Notes: generated by a model not told the origin, from the letters alone. DNA of 64,000 nucleotides from Minisyncoccota bacterium (GCA_040905385.1 JBBDRP010000002.1:149337-213336); one strand, 5' to 3'; shown: positions 29,808 through 39,883, counted from the stretch's first letter. Made by a program: numbers and translations.

Positions 29808-31499
29808 TTATCTCCAATCAACCTCGGTATCAGTGATCTCTATATCACTTTCATTCAGCTGTTTCTGAGCGCCTTCCTCCGGCAGCTCCTCCGGCTCGTA
29901 GATGGCACGGATGGTAAAGTAATCATCGCGCTCCTTCTGCCAGATGACAACATCGTCATCGCCGTCGGTGGATGGCTCGCCGCGCACCTTCGTCGCGTGG
30001 ACGGCGTGTACTTCGTAACTGTCACCATTGTTGAAGTACTCGCGCGACAGCGGAACGGTCACCTCCGTCCAGCCGTCATTACCCTCATCCGGGATGATCT
30101 CCGTCGTGCTGACGGTATGCAGGTTTCCTTCCGGGCCGTTGTGTATCTGGATGGCAAACTCCTCACCGGTTTGGTTTCCTTCGACCAGTTTGGTAAAATT
30201 CGTCTCCATAGAAACAGCAATCTTATAATGTGAGCCGATAGTTCTTGAGTCTAATAACTCAATCTCACGCTCACCATCTTTTCCGGAAACAAAGTAATCC
30301 TTCTCTTCGGTGTAGATACCGTAGGTTTCCATTAGACCATGCAGCAACTCGACATCATCCTCCGGCTCGTACACGAAGCCATCGGTACCGGGCTCAGTAC
30401 TGGTTGAGGTCCAGGTGTCCTGACAGCCGGGTGCATTCTCGTCCATCGTGCCGGAAAAGGTGTTGTCCACCCCGTCACTACAGGCCGGGATATGCTCGGC
30501 CGGAAAGGTGACATCACTGTCGCCATCCAGCGGTATCTCCATCGTGCCTTCGGCAACATTCAGGTAGTGATTGTCGCTGTACTCGTGGCCTTCCTTGGGC
30601 ACGTAGACAATGTGCAGCGAGGCATTGACTGCTTCTGACCCGGTCGGGTACTTGATAACAGTTTCTGAGCCTTCACGTATAAACGGCGAGGATACGTAAT
30701 CCGCCAGATTGTCATGCATATCAATGCTATCCGTCCAGGTGCTGTCACCAATGGTCAGGGTATAGACCGTGTTATCCAACGCAGCTCGTGGAAACGAGTT
30801 CGTATTTGCTAGCCGGTCGGTGTATCCCACAATATCCGGGGTAATACTGATACTGACGGTCTCGGGTTCCGACGTATCTTCGCTGAGAGCGATTTCGACC
30901 TCACCATCAGTATCAAACGTTACCGTCTGTACCTTTGGTTGATATCCATCAGCCTCGGCTCGTACTGCCAGCTCTGTGCCTTTCTTACGGGTAAGTTCGG
31001 TCTCGCCGGTACCCAGCTGATTGTTGGTGTCGTCATCATGCTGATTGTTGGTGTCGTCATCATACAGCCTAGCATCGGGTAGGATGTTCTCACCATCGGT
31101 TGGGATGATGGTTTTTGTCACGTTATCTGGATTATCTTCCGTCAGCGTAAAGACAACCTCACCATCGCTATCAAACGTTACCGTCTGTACTTGCGGGTTG
31201 TAGCCGTCTTTTTCAGCGCGAACATCTAGCTCGCTACCTTTCTCCCGCTCAACGGGATTCTCCAGCTGCTGGTTGGTATCATTGTTGTAGTAGGCAACAC
31301 CAGTAGTAACAGCTTCGTTATCGCTATCTACAGCGGTCAGTGTTTTGATCACGGTTTCGGTTTTCGGTGGATCCGGATCGACCGGGGTTTCCTGACAGCC
31401 TATATTTCCTATGACTATCGCAAGCAGCAGAAAAAAAATTGCTAATGGCCAGCGAAGCCAGTTTACTTCGAGTCGTTCTTCATTCTTTGTATCTTCCAT
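29808..31499 (-). CDS. Hypothetical lipoprotein/surface protein with internal tandem repeats
   Basis: Signal with a possible lipobox (VIGNIGC); duplicated approximately 60-aa module (VQTVTFD.DGEV...T..ED...). Confidence 0.5.
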   Translation of the reverse strand: MEDTKNEERLEVNWLRWPLAIFFLLLAIVIGNIGCQETPVDPDPPKTETVIKTLTAVDSDNEAVTTGVAYYNNDTNQQLENPVEREKGSELDVRAEKDGYNPQVQTVTFDSDGEVVFTLTEDNPDNVTKTIIPTDGENILPDARLYDDDTNNQHDDDTNNQLGTGETELTRKKGTELAVRAEADGYQPKVQTVTFDTDGEVEIALSEDTSEPETVSISITPDIVGYTDRLANTNSFPRAALDNTVYTLTIGDSTWTDSIDMHDNLADYVSSPFIREGSETVIKYPTGSEAVNASLHIVYVPKEGHEYSDNHYLNVAEGTMEIPLDGDSDVTFPAEHIPACSDGVDNTFSGTMDENAPGCQDTWTSTSTEPGTDGFVYEPEDDVELLHGLMETYGIYTEEKDYFVSGKDGEREIELLDSRTIGSHYKIAVSMETNFTKLVEGNQTGEEFAIQIHNGPEGNLHTVSTTEIIPDEGNDGWTEVTVPLSREYFNNGDSYEVHAVHATKVRGEPSTDGDDDVVIWQKERDDYFTIRAIYEPEELPEEGAQKQLNESDIEITDTEVDWR

Positions 31500-31644
31500 A
31501 TCATCCTCGTCTTTTGGTTTGAATTTTAAAGGGATTGTCTGCCTGCATCATAGCGCTTTTTCACTAAATGTCAATCCATACGATGGATACAAACACATGT
31601 CAAATAATCTAACGATTCTAAACTGTATCCAATTTCCACTATCA

Positions 31645-31714
31645 GTTTGCAAGGGTTTGAACCTTGCAAAACCGCCAGTATCACCAGTCTGTAACAATCC
31701 GATTGTTACAGACC
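31645..31714. repeat. Two perfect hairpins in the divergent promoter region upstream of ligA (GTTTGCAAGG-gtttgaa-CCTTGCAAAC; GTCTGTAACAATC-cg-GATTGTTACAGAC)
   Basis: Same family as the 21156 and 24735 repeats; followed by the TACAAT -10 (31734-31739) and ATG 31749. Confidence 0.6.
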
Positions 31715-31748
31715 TCTAGATGAGCTGTATTTTTGCTACAATGGAGCT

Positions 31749-33770
31749 ATGAAAAAGCCCGCTGCTAAAGATCGCATTGACAAGCTCCGCCGTCTGATAG
31801 AGGAGCATCGTTTTAAGTATCATGTTCAGGATCAACCAGAGCTTGACGACGCGGCCTACGACTCGCTCAAGGATGAGCTCGCTACGCTAGAGTCGGAGTA
31901 TCCCGAATTCGACAGCCCCACCAGCCCCACGCATCGGGTTGGTGGTGAGCCACTGGAGAGCTTCGTGCGGGTCGAGCATACAGTGCGTCAGTACTCCTTT
32001 GATAATATCTTCGGTGCAGATGAGCTCGTTGATTGGCACGACAAGATTCGTCGCTTCGTTGCCAAAACTGATATGGCGACAGATGACATCTCCTACACAG
32101 CCGAGCTCAAGATTGATGGTCTTAAGGTCGTGCTAACGTATGAGTCCGGTCGGTTCCAGCAGGCAGCCACCCGTGGTGATGGTCGGGTGGGTGAGGACGT
32201 TACGAGCAATATCAAGACAATCTCCGCCATCCCACTTGAGCTTCCGCAGTCGGTCGATGTTACGGTCGGTGGGGAGGTCTGGCTGTCTCGAAAGGAGTTC
32301 GAGCGCATCAACAAAGAGCGTCGCGCAGCCGATGAGCCCGAATTTGCCAACCCGAGAAACGCCGCAGCCGGCTCGATCCGTCAGCTGGATCCAGCCGTTG
32401 CTGCGAGTCGTCATCTTGACTTTTTTGCCTACGATATTGAAAGGTTGGATGGTAGTGATGCAGACATCACCGATCCTACTTCACAGCAGGCCGAGCTACA
32501 GCTACTGACGACACTTCATTTTCGTGTCAATCCCGACTATGTCCACTGTAGCGATACTGACTGCATTCAGAAGTTTTACGATTCCTGGACCGAGCGAAAA
32601 AACCAGGTTGATTACGGTGTTGATGGGGTAGTAATCAAGCTGGATGAAAAGCGCCTGCAGGAGGCTCTCGGCTACACCGCCAGCGCCCCACGTTTTGCTG
32701 TAGCCTACAAGTTCCCGGCCGAAACCACCACCACCCAGATCGAGGATATTGACTTGCAGGTTGGCCGTACCGGTGCCATCACGCCGGTGGCTCATTTCAC
32801 ACCTGTTCGTCTTGATGGCTCACAGGTTTCGCGGGCTACGCTGCATAACGAGGATGAGATAAAGCGGCTGGATGTACGCGTTGGTGACACGGTGGTAATA
32901 AAAAAAGCTGGTGATATTATTCCGCAGGTGGTTGAGGTGCTATCGGACCTGCGCGACGGTAGTGAGGAGTCGTTCCAATTTCCAGATCGATTAGATGCCT
33001 GTGGCGGCGACGGCCAGATAATTCGCCCCGAGGGTGAGGCGAAGCATCGCTGTCGGGTGGTCGGTGACAGCCAACGGCGCGAGGAGTTTTATCACTTTGT
33101 ATCCAAGGGATGCTTTGATATTGACGGCCTCGGTCCCAAAATAATCGACGCGCTTTTAGACAATGATCTCATCGAGGACTTTTCCGATATATTCACCCTC
33201 GAAAAAGAGGATCTTATCAAGCTGCCACGGCTAGCCGAGAAGTCTGCCGACAATCTTCTGGCGGCAATTGCGGCCTCGCGCGAGATAACGCTGGATCGTT
33301 TCCTGCACGCTTTATCCATAAGTTTTGTTGGCTCCGAGACGGCTCGGCTGATTGCTAATCATTTTAGTAATATTGATCAGATTCGCGCTGCGGATCATCA
33401 GGAACTTATTGCCATCGACGGCGTGGGTGAGAAGGTGGCGGCAGCTGTCCAGGATTTCTTTGCTGCCGAGGACAACCAACAGCTGGTTGACCGACTTCTG
33501 GAAGAAGTACAAATCACCCAGCCGGAGACATCCGATGTCTCCAATAAACTTGCTGGAAAGAAATTCGTATTCACCGGATCGCTGGATGGTTTCTCTCGCA
33601 GCGAGGCGGAGGAGGCAGTGCATGCTCGGGGCGGGAAGGTAACGTCGTCGGTATCAACCAATACTGACTACGTCGTGGTTGGTGAAAATCCCGGCTCCAA
33701 ACGTAACGAGGCCAAGAAGTTAGGGGTAGAGATACTCTCCGAAGCAGAATTTCAAGACTTACTTTCATAA
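31749..33770 (+). CDS. ligA: NAD-dependent DNA ligase LigA
   Basis: 673 aa; adenylation motif KIDGL (ELKIDGLKVVL); OB fold, Zn finger (C-x2-C...), HhH and C-terminal BRCT. Confidence 0.93.
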   Translation: MKKPAAKDRIDKLRRLIEEHRFKYHVQDQPELDDAAYDSLKDELATLESEYPEFDSPTSPTHRVGGEPLESFVRVEHTVRQYSFDNIFGADELVDWHDKIRRFVAKTDMATDDISYTAELKIDGLKVVLTYESGRFQQAATRGDGRVGEDVTSNIKTISAIPLELPQSVDVTVGGEVWLSRKEFERINKERRAADEPEFANPRNAAAGSIRQLDPAVAASRHLDFFAYDIERLDGSDADITDPTSQQAELQLLTTLHFRVNPDYVHCSDTDCIQKFYDSWTERKNQVDYGVDGVVIKLDEKRLQEALGYTASAPRFAVAYKFPAETTTTQIEDIDLQVGRTGAITPVAHFTPVRLDGSQVSRATLHNEDEIKRLDVRVGDTVVIKKAGDIIPQVVEVLSDLRDGSEESFQFPDRLDACGGDGQIIRPEGEAKHRCRVVGDSQRREEFYHFVSKGCFDIDGLGPKIIDALLDNDLIEDFSDIFTLEKEDLIKLPRLAEKSADNLLAAIAASREITLDRFLHALSISFVGSETARLIANHFSNIDQIRAADHQELIAIDGVGEKVAAAVQDFFAAEDNQQLVDRLLEEVQITQPETSDVSNKLAGKKFVFTGSLDGFSRSEAEEAVHARGGKVTSSVSTNTDYVVVGENPGSKRNEAKKLGVEILSEAEFQDLLS

Positions 33771-33803
33771 GGATCTACATGCAGGATGGTAAAGTGATAT
33801 AAC

Positions 33804-35057
33804 TTAGTCCAGCGAGGGAATATCAATATTCGACTCATTTACTGGGCCAACTATACCAACTGAAATCCTATCTTCTTTGAGGTATTCCTGTGCCGTCTCC
33901 ACTACATCACTCACTGTTATTTTTTCTAGCATATGTATGTATTCGTCAATGGGTAGAATGTTATTGTTTTCAGAAACGGTTTGCTTTCCATACCAAGTAG
34001 TTCTGTTTTTCACAGATTCTTTATCAGCCAGATATCGAGTGATGTAATTATTTCTGTGCATATCTAATTCATTTTTCTTGATCCGTCCTTTTATTACCTT
34101 GCTTAACTCTTCAAAGGCAATAGATAATGCTTTTTGATGCTCATCATTTGGTACAGAAAAGTAGATAGTAAAATATCCCGTATCTCTGTATGAATCTGTT
34201 TTTGTGTATATTGAGTAGGTTAATCCTTTATCGTGCCGAAGTTTTGTAAGTAGTCGAGAAATATCACTACCGCCAAGTATTTCTATAATAATATCAATAC
34301 AAGCAGTTTCCTTATATGTCTCAACTGGAACCGTCTTAACACTGATGCCGATCGTCGTATCCTCGGTATTCCAATCTTCTACAACCAGCCTTTTTGGAGG
34401 CTGCGTAAACTGTTCAATCTGTTGGGGTTGTTGATTTATTTTTTCTGGCACACTTTTTTCAATCCAACCCTCAATGTCACCTGTGTCGTGTGGACTGATT
34501 ATAATTAAGGTACTACTGGTTGAAAAATAGTGTTGCTTATGAAAAACTTCAACATCTTCTTTTGTGATGTTATCTATATCAGATTCTTTGTCAGTCAAGG
34601 ATCGGTCAAAAGAAGATTTTGGCCATAGACCTTCATGGGCTAGTTCCCATATGCGGTCGTAAATTCCGACATACTCACGAGACTCATTCTTAACTGCTGC
34701 TTTCTCTTGCTCAAACAAGTCTTCTCTGAATTTAAATTTGAATATTTGGTCACAAAGAAATCGGATAGAAGCTTCGGTGTGAATTGATTTCTGCAGGTGC
34801 GTTTGCCGTACGAGTGAGTAATCCATCCAAGATTCAGATAAAATACCTTTCTGTGATAGCCACTCTGAACCCTTCAACGCTGAATTATTTTTACGTGGAG
34901 TTCCAATAAGATGTTCGCAGACATGAGCTGTACCAGGCTTGGAAGAGAAGTCATACCGAGCTCCTGCCTGAGACCACACAGAGACGCAGGAGATTTCACA
35001 ATCTTCTTTGTTATGTAAAAATTTAACTCCTGAAGGAGTTGTTCTTATTTTTTTCAT
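33804..35057 (-). CDS. M16 family (pitrilysin-like) zinc peptidase
   Basis: Inverted zinc-binding motif HxxEH (HVCEHLIG) near the N-terminus; M16 two-domain size. Confidence 0.65.
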   Translation of the reverse strand: MKKIRTTPSGVKFLHNKEDCEISCVSVWSQAGARYDFSSKPGTAHVCEHLIGTPRKNNSALKGSEWLSQKGILSESWMDYSLVRQTHLQKSIHTEASIRFLCDQIFKFKFREDLFEQEKAAVKNESREYVGIYDRIWELAHEGLWPKSSFDRSLTDKESDIDNITKEDVEVFHKQHYFSTSSTLIIISPHDTGDIEGWIEKSVPEKINQQPQQIEQFTQPPKRLVVEDWNTEDTTIGISVKTVPVETYKETACIDIIIEILGGSDISRLLTKLRHDKGLTYSIYTKTDSYRDTGYFTIYFSVPNDEHQKALSIAFEELSKVIKGRIKKNELDMHRNNYITRYLADKESVKNRTTWYGKQTVSENNNILPIDEYIHMLEKITVSDVVETAQEYLKEDRISVGIVGPVNESNIDIPSLD

Positions 35058-35147
35058 ATATACTTACTGTATCATTTTTTCCATAAAAAAAGCACAGTGT
35101 GATAATTATTATCACACTGTGGTATTTGGATTAATATTTAAAGCCGC

Positions 35148-35252
35148 TTACTTCCGGCTTTTCTGTTGAGCGTTCCGTCCTCGACCTTTAGGCTTATTGC
35201 CTTTATACTCTTTCGAGTGCTTGCGAGAACTACTCTTATTTTTCTTTCCCAT
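35148..35252 (-). CDS. Small (34-aa) highly basic protein MGKKNKSSSRKHSKEYKGNKPKGRGRNAQQKSRK
   Basis: Not in the provided ORF track (shorter than 60 aa). Strong SD GGAGGTGATTAAG 8 nt upstream of the ATG; followed on its strand by a 14-bp perfect hairpin (35088-35116) plus T7. Confidence 0.45.
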   Translation of the reverse strand: MGKKNKSSSRKHSKEYKGNKPKGRGRNAQQKSRK

Positions 35253-35459
35253 CTTAATCACCTCCTTGTGGGTCTTTTTCTTTAAATGTGATGGCTATAT
35301 TTACTATAGAACATTATAGGTAACTTGTGAAGTCAAGTATTTTCTCTAAATCATACCTTCTACAACTTATTTAGGTCAGACTGTATAGCAAATATGAGCG
35401 AGGGAGATATAAAAAACCCCGCATGCGTTGCATACGGGGGTTGTATCCTTACTTTCTTT

Positions 35460-35885
35460 TTAATAAAAGTAAGAAAACCGGGTTGTTTTTCCATGGATAT
35501 TCTTATCCATATTCATACCCATTAGTTTGATTTTTGATTGCTCCAAGGTGTCTTCGAGGATGATAGTTATCTTCACTACCTCATCTCCTTCGACCGCAGA
35601 TATCTTCCATGATAATCCCACGACATCGTTCATTGCCGTATTTACTTCAGTTAGAGAGTCATCCTGTATTAACTCATGAAATACTCTTTCGGCCTTGGCC
35701 TCAAGCATATCCTGTTTCTGAATTTTCTCGCTGTGAAGTAATCCTGACGGTGAGGTTGTGGTTGCCGCGTTGATGAAAATGACGGTAATAATTGCTACCG
35801 CTATAAAGAGTGTTCCTTTTACGAGGTTCTTCATATATGTATCCTTTTTTGTTAAAGATTGAGGTTCCAGTAGAGGAGCATACAC
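35460..35885 (-). CDS. Hypothetical secreted protein
   Basis: N-terminal signal (LFIAVAIITVIFINAATT); no family recognised. Confidence 0.45.
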   Translation of the reverse strand: MYAPLLEPQSLTKKDTYMKNLVKGTLFIAVAIITVIFINAATTTSPSGLLHSEKIQKQDMLEAKAERVFHELIQDDSLTEVNTAMNDVVGLSWKISAVEGDEVVKITIILEDTLEQSKIKLMGMNMDKNIHGKTTRFSYFY

Positions 35886-36384
35886 GACTCATATAATTTG
35901 TCAAATACTAAAATTCGTTGCATTATTTTATAGCTATACTACTAAAAAAAGTGGAATTACCACAAAAGATTAACGCCTCCGCAGCCGAAGCTGCGGAGGC
36001 GTTTGGTTAGAGTAGAGGGTTTTAGTTACCAATGATATTATCATTGGGTTTCTCATCTTCATCCGGACGGTGAATTGGTGCTGGTGGTGGTTTCTTTTCT
36101 AGTTCAATCATTTTTCTGTGATTAGTTGCGATTTCTGTGGCGCTAAGTCAGATATTAGTCAGTAGGTGTGCTGACTACACAGATTATTCACCTCCTTTTA
36201 TGAGTTGCGGTTTCTGTGTCTTCATAGGTTTAGGCATAGTAGTAGGCAGCAGAGCAACATGGTTCTCACCTCCCCGGTTTTTTAGTTAGAAAGGGCGCGC
36301 TGAGCTAATAATATCATAGAATACATGCCTTCGAGCGGTTATCTAAAAAGCCCTCCTTTAGAAAAAAAGAGGGCTCTATGAGGT

Positions 36385-36570
36385 TTACAGGACGGCGCCT
36401 TTGGAAACCCAGTCAATCGTACTGGAATTTTCTACACTGATGCCTTGATGTGTTTTTGCTTCTATTTTTACTTCGTTGTTTTCAGGTGTTTCTGCTTCAG
36501 GAGCAGCATCTATGACTGAGCATCCGGCAAATAGAAATAGTGCTGCTGCAAATGATATAAGTTTAATCAT
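36385..36570 (-). CDS. Small putative lipoprotein (about 61 aa)
   Basis: Internal Met start gives MIKLISFAAALFLFAGC... with lipobox LFAGC; hairpin plus T5 terminator at 36345-36384 on its strand. The ORF in the provided track is longer (36385..36654). Confidence 0.45.
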   Translation of the reverse strand: MIKLISFAAALFLFAGCSVIDAAPEAETPENNEVKIEAKTHQGISVENSSTIDWVSKGAVL

Positions 36571-36708
36571 TGTCCTTTGTTTTTTTGATTTGTGAAAGAA
36601 CTCGCAATTTTTACGAGCCCAGAACAACTCTACCCGAGTTAAATATTCTGTCAATACGCTGCTGGTGGGTTAATTTCACCCCGGCTGCGTGCTACAATAG
36701 CCTTATAT

Positions 36709-36993
36709 ATGAGTGATGATATAGACATTGAAAAAATCTCTAAACTGGCCCGAGTTGATCTCGGTGATGCCGATACGGATGAGTTAGCCGCTAATATTCG
36801 CGACATTCTGTCCTACGTTAGCTCGGTCGAGAAGGTGGCTGGTGAAGCCGGCGCTCCAGAGGTGGGAGCGGTTCGGAATGTACTGCGTGAAGATACAGAT
36901 CCGCATGAACCGGGCGCGTATCGAGAGGCGTTGCTGCGTGAAGCCCCGGCTGTGGATGAGGATGGCTTCATTGTTGTGCCCCCGATTCTCTAA
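36709..36993 (+). CDS. gatC: Glutamyl/aspartyl-tRNA amidotransferase subunit C
   Basis: 94 aa; GatC signature (KISKLARVDLGDADTDELAANIRDILSYVSSV); immediately upstream of gatA. Confidence 0.8.
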   Translation: MSDDIDIEKISKLARVDLGDADTDELAANIRDILSYVSSVEKVAGEAGAPEVGAVRNVLREDTDPHEPGAYREALLREAPAVDEDGFIVVPPIL

Positions 36994-37005
36994 CAATCTG
37001 TCCAT

Positions 37006-38430
37006 ATGAGTATCCATATTAAAACAGCCACAATCACAGATCTGCAATCAGCACTATCCGATGGTGAGGAAACGGCGGTGTCACTCGCCGAGATGTATCT
37101 GGATGCCATTAGCGGCGATGAAACTGACGCTTTCCTGGGTACGTACGATGATGTGCGCGAGCAGGCCCAGGCCGCCGATCAGCGGCGGGCGGATGGAGAG
37201 GAGTCGCCACTCTTGGGCATTCCGCTGGCGGTCAAGGACAACATCCTAATAGACGGCAAGCCGGTCAGTGCCGGCTCGAAAATTCTCGAGGATTATGTAG
37301 CTCCGTACAGCGCGACGGTGATAGACAAGCTGCAGTCCGCCGGGGCAGTGCTGGTGGGTCGGACCAACATGGATGAGTTTGCGATGGGCTCCTCGACCGA
37401 ACACTCTGCCTACCAGACCACCAAGAACCCCCATGACACGGGCCGTGTTCCTGGTGGTTCATCCGGTGGTTCAGCTGCCGCTGTGGCTGGTGGATTGGTA
37501 CCCGCCGCGCTCGGTAGCGACACCGGTGGTTCGGTACGACAGCCGGCCAGCTTTTGTGGAGTAGTGGGCTTTAAGCCTACGTACGGGGCTGTTTCTCGCT
37601 ACGGCTTGATTGCTATGGGGTCTTCGCTGGACCAGATTGGTCCGCTGACCCATTCCGTGGCCGATGCTGAGATAATTCACAACACCATCGCCGGTCCAGA
37701 CAAGCGTGACAGCACCACGTATGCGGAAGGTATCTACGGCACGCCGACAGACGCACCGAAAACTATCGGTGTTCCGCGCGCGCTTCTGGATACCGACGGT
37801 GTTAGTACGGATGTTAAAGAAAATTTTACAGCTGCACTCGAAAACTTAAAGTCGGCCGGATACGAGATCGTTGACATCGAGCTGCCAGCACTTGCGGAAG
37901 CACTGGCGATGTACTACATCATTATGCCGGCCGAGGTATCGAGTAACCTCGCCCGATATGACGGTGTTTCTTACGGATTGCGCACCCAAGACGCCGATCT
38001 CTTTACGCAGTACATTAACACGCGTCGTGACGGCTTTGGTCCAGAGGTAAAGCGGCGTCTGCTTTTAGGGACATACGTACTGTCGGCTGGTTACTACGAC
38101 GCCTATTACCGCACGGCGGTTCGGGCTCGGCAGGTACTGGAAAAGGCCTTTACCGAGGTGTTTTCCAAGGTGGACGCGATTGCCACCCCAACCACGCCGG
38201 CACCGGCCTTTAGGATTGGTGATATGTCGGATGACCCGCTCGAGATGTACATGCAGGATGTCTTTACAGTTGGTGCCAACATCGGTGGGGTGCCGGCCAT
38301 CTCGATTCCGTCTGGAACCAGCACGATCGAAGGGAGTGAGCTTCCGCTGGGGCTGCAGCTGATGGCAGCCAACAACCACGAAGACACTCTTTTCACAATC
38401 GGGAAGGACTTCGAGCAGTCGCAGACGTAA
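37006..38430 (+). CDS. gatA: Glutamyl/aspartyl-tRNA amidotransferase subunit A
   Basis: Amidase signature GGSSGGSAAAVAGG, Ser-cisSer-Lys triad context, 474 aa. Confidence 0.9.
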   Translation: MSIHIKTATITDLQSALSDGEETAVSLAEMYLDAISGDETDAFLGTYDDVREQAQAADQRRADGEESPLLGIPLAVKDNILIDGKPVSAGSKILEDYVAPYSATVIDKLQSAGAVLVGRTNMDEFAMGSSTEHSAYQTTKNPHDTGRVPGGSSGGSAAAVAGGLVPAALGSDTGGSVRQPASFCGVVGFKPTYGAVSRYGLIAMGSSLDQIGPLTHSVADAEIIHNTIAGPDKRDSTTYAEGIYGTPTDAPKTIGVPRALLDTDGVSTDVKENFTAALENLKSAGYEIVDIELPALAEALAMYYIIMPAEVSSNLARYDGVSYGLRTQDADLFTQYINTRRDGFGPEVKRRLLLGTYVLSAGYYDAYYRTAVRARQVLEKAFTEVFSKVDAIATPTTPAPAFRIGDMSDDPLEMYMQDVFTVGANIGGVPAISIPSGTSTIEGSELPLGLQLMAANNHEDTLFTIGKDFEQSQT

Positions 38431-38479
38431 GTACCCTTAAGCTCATAACTGAGGGCTAAGAGCTAGAAGCTAAAATATT

Positions 38480-39130
38480 ATGGCTGAAGACGACAATAAA
38501 AAACCAACGAGTCCGGGCGGTGTCTTTACCAATGACCCGTTTTTAAATATTGCAGCGGCAATTATTATCCTGATGCTAGTCGGGGGGCTTATCGAGCAGC
38601 TACCGACCATGTGGGCTGATATTTCCGCCGCTATCGAAGGTCGCATTGGTTCGCTGGGTGGGTTGTACACAACTACCTATGTGGTAGCAGTGGGTTTTTC
38701 AGCTGCCTGTCTCTCTGGGGCGATATACGCTGGTTTGCAGAAAAGCTCTATTGCGGTGGCGGAAAGAAAGGAGCTCAAGGCGGTAACTCGTGCGGCTATC
38801 AGTGGGGAGGATACGCATAATGATCGTTGGCAGCATATACTTTCCTATGCAGCCTCGGATGATCATGAGCTGTGGCGGCTGGCAATTATCGAGGCTGATG
38901 TGATGCTGAATGAGATGCTTAAGGTGATGGGGTATCAACAGGACAGTCTCGGTGAAAAGCTTAAAAATGCCGAGGAGTCAGATTTCCGTACGCTTAATCA
39001 GGCTTGGGAAGCACACAAGCTTCGCAATACCATTGCACACGAAGGTTCAACGTACAATCTTACTCGTGGTGAGGTTGACCGTGCCATAGATAATTACCGC
39101 CAGGTCTTCAATGAGTTTTCCTACATCTAG
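38480..39130 (+). CDS. Membrane-anchored protein with a C-terminal HEPN-like R-x4-H-x-G motif
   Basis: Two N-terminal TM helices; C-terminal ...AHKLRNTIAHEGSTYNL... (Rx4H as in HEPN/DUF86-type domains). Confidence 0.4.
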   Translation: MAEDDNKKPTSPGGVFTNDPFLNIAAAIIILMLVGGLIEQLPTMWADISAAIEGRIGSLGGLYTTTYVVAVGFSAACLSGAIYAGLQKSSIAVAERKELKAVTRAAISGEDTHNDRWQHILSYAASDDHELWRLAIIEADVMLNEMLKVMGYQQDSLGEKLKNAEESDFRTLNQAWEAHKLRNTIAHEGSTYNLTRGEVDRAIDNYRQVFNEFSYI

Positions 39131-39571
39131 GATATCTACAATGCTTTGTTGTTGCTCTAAGGTCTAGCAACTACTTGAGTAGAAGGCGTGATTACTACTT
39201 GGATGGGATCCATTCCCGTCCAGGAATATTGTCATATCAATGACAATATTCGGACATAAATTCGTGTAATCGTACTTTTTATATTACTAAAAGTATTATA
39301 AAAAGTTTTCGAACACTTATTCAACATTAGCCTTGGTTCGCTGAAATCTCCGCACTACCGTGTCGAAGATTTTCAGCTCACTTCATTTTTTCGCTTTCGT
39401 TACAGGCCTAACAGGTTATCTACAGTATTTCAGTTGGAACCTATACATAAAGCTGGAAAATACGCAGTATGTACGCTAATATAAGCTGAGTCGCCCTTGT
39501 AAGACGCTTCGCGTCTTGCCCGAGCGGCGTTCGGGAAAAATGAAAGCAAGCTTTCGTTTTGTCCCTCACTG

Positions 39572-39643
39572 GCCCGGGTAGCTCAGTGGTAGAGCGTACG
39601 CATGGTAAGCGTAAGGTCGGCGGTTCAATCCCGCTCCTGGGCT
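39572..39643 (+). tRNA. tRNA-Thr (anticodon GGU)
   Basis: Acceptor GCCCGGG/CCTGGGC, D-arm GCTC-AGTGGTA-GAGC, anticodon stem TACGC/GCGTA with loop ATGGTAA, T-arm GGCGG-TTCAATC-CCGCT. Confidence 0.8.
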
Positions 39644-39883
39644 CACTGAAAAATGAGATGCTTGCTTATTGAGTGTCTCATTTTAAAGTAGATAAAAAGA
39701 CAGCGGGATTGAACCCATTCGTCCCCGTGGAGGAAAGCAGCGAGTGAAATGAGCGTGAGTTCGAGAGTTGGCTTGTTCGGGGGCCGGGGACGGATGCTGT
39801 ATTATTAAATCCCCCCTCGGGCTCACGAAAAACTCGCTCGCGTCTAGCGAGCTTCTTATTTACATACTGATTAAATCTATTCT

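Noticed and set aside
36230-36290. Minus-strand 12-codon ORF MLLCCLLLCLNL with a strong GGGGAGGTGA SD
   Set aside because: Too short, with no supporting conservation visible in the window. It could be a chance ORF near a terminator. It is worth a glance only if Ribo-seq data exist.
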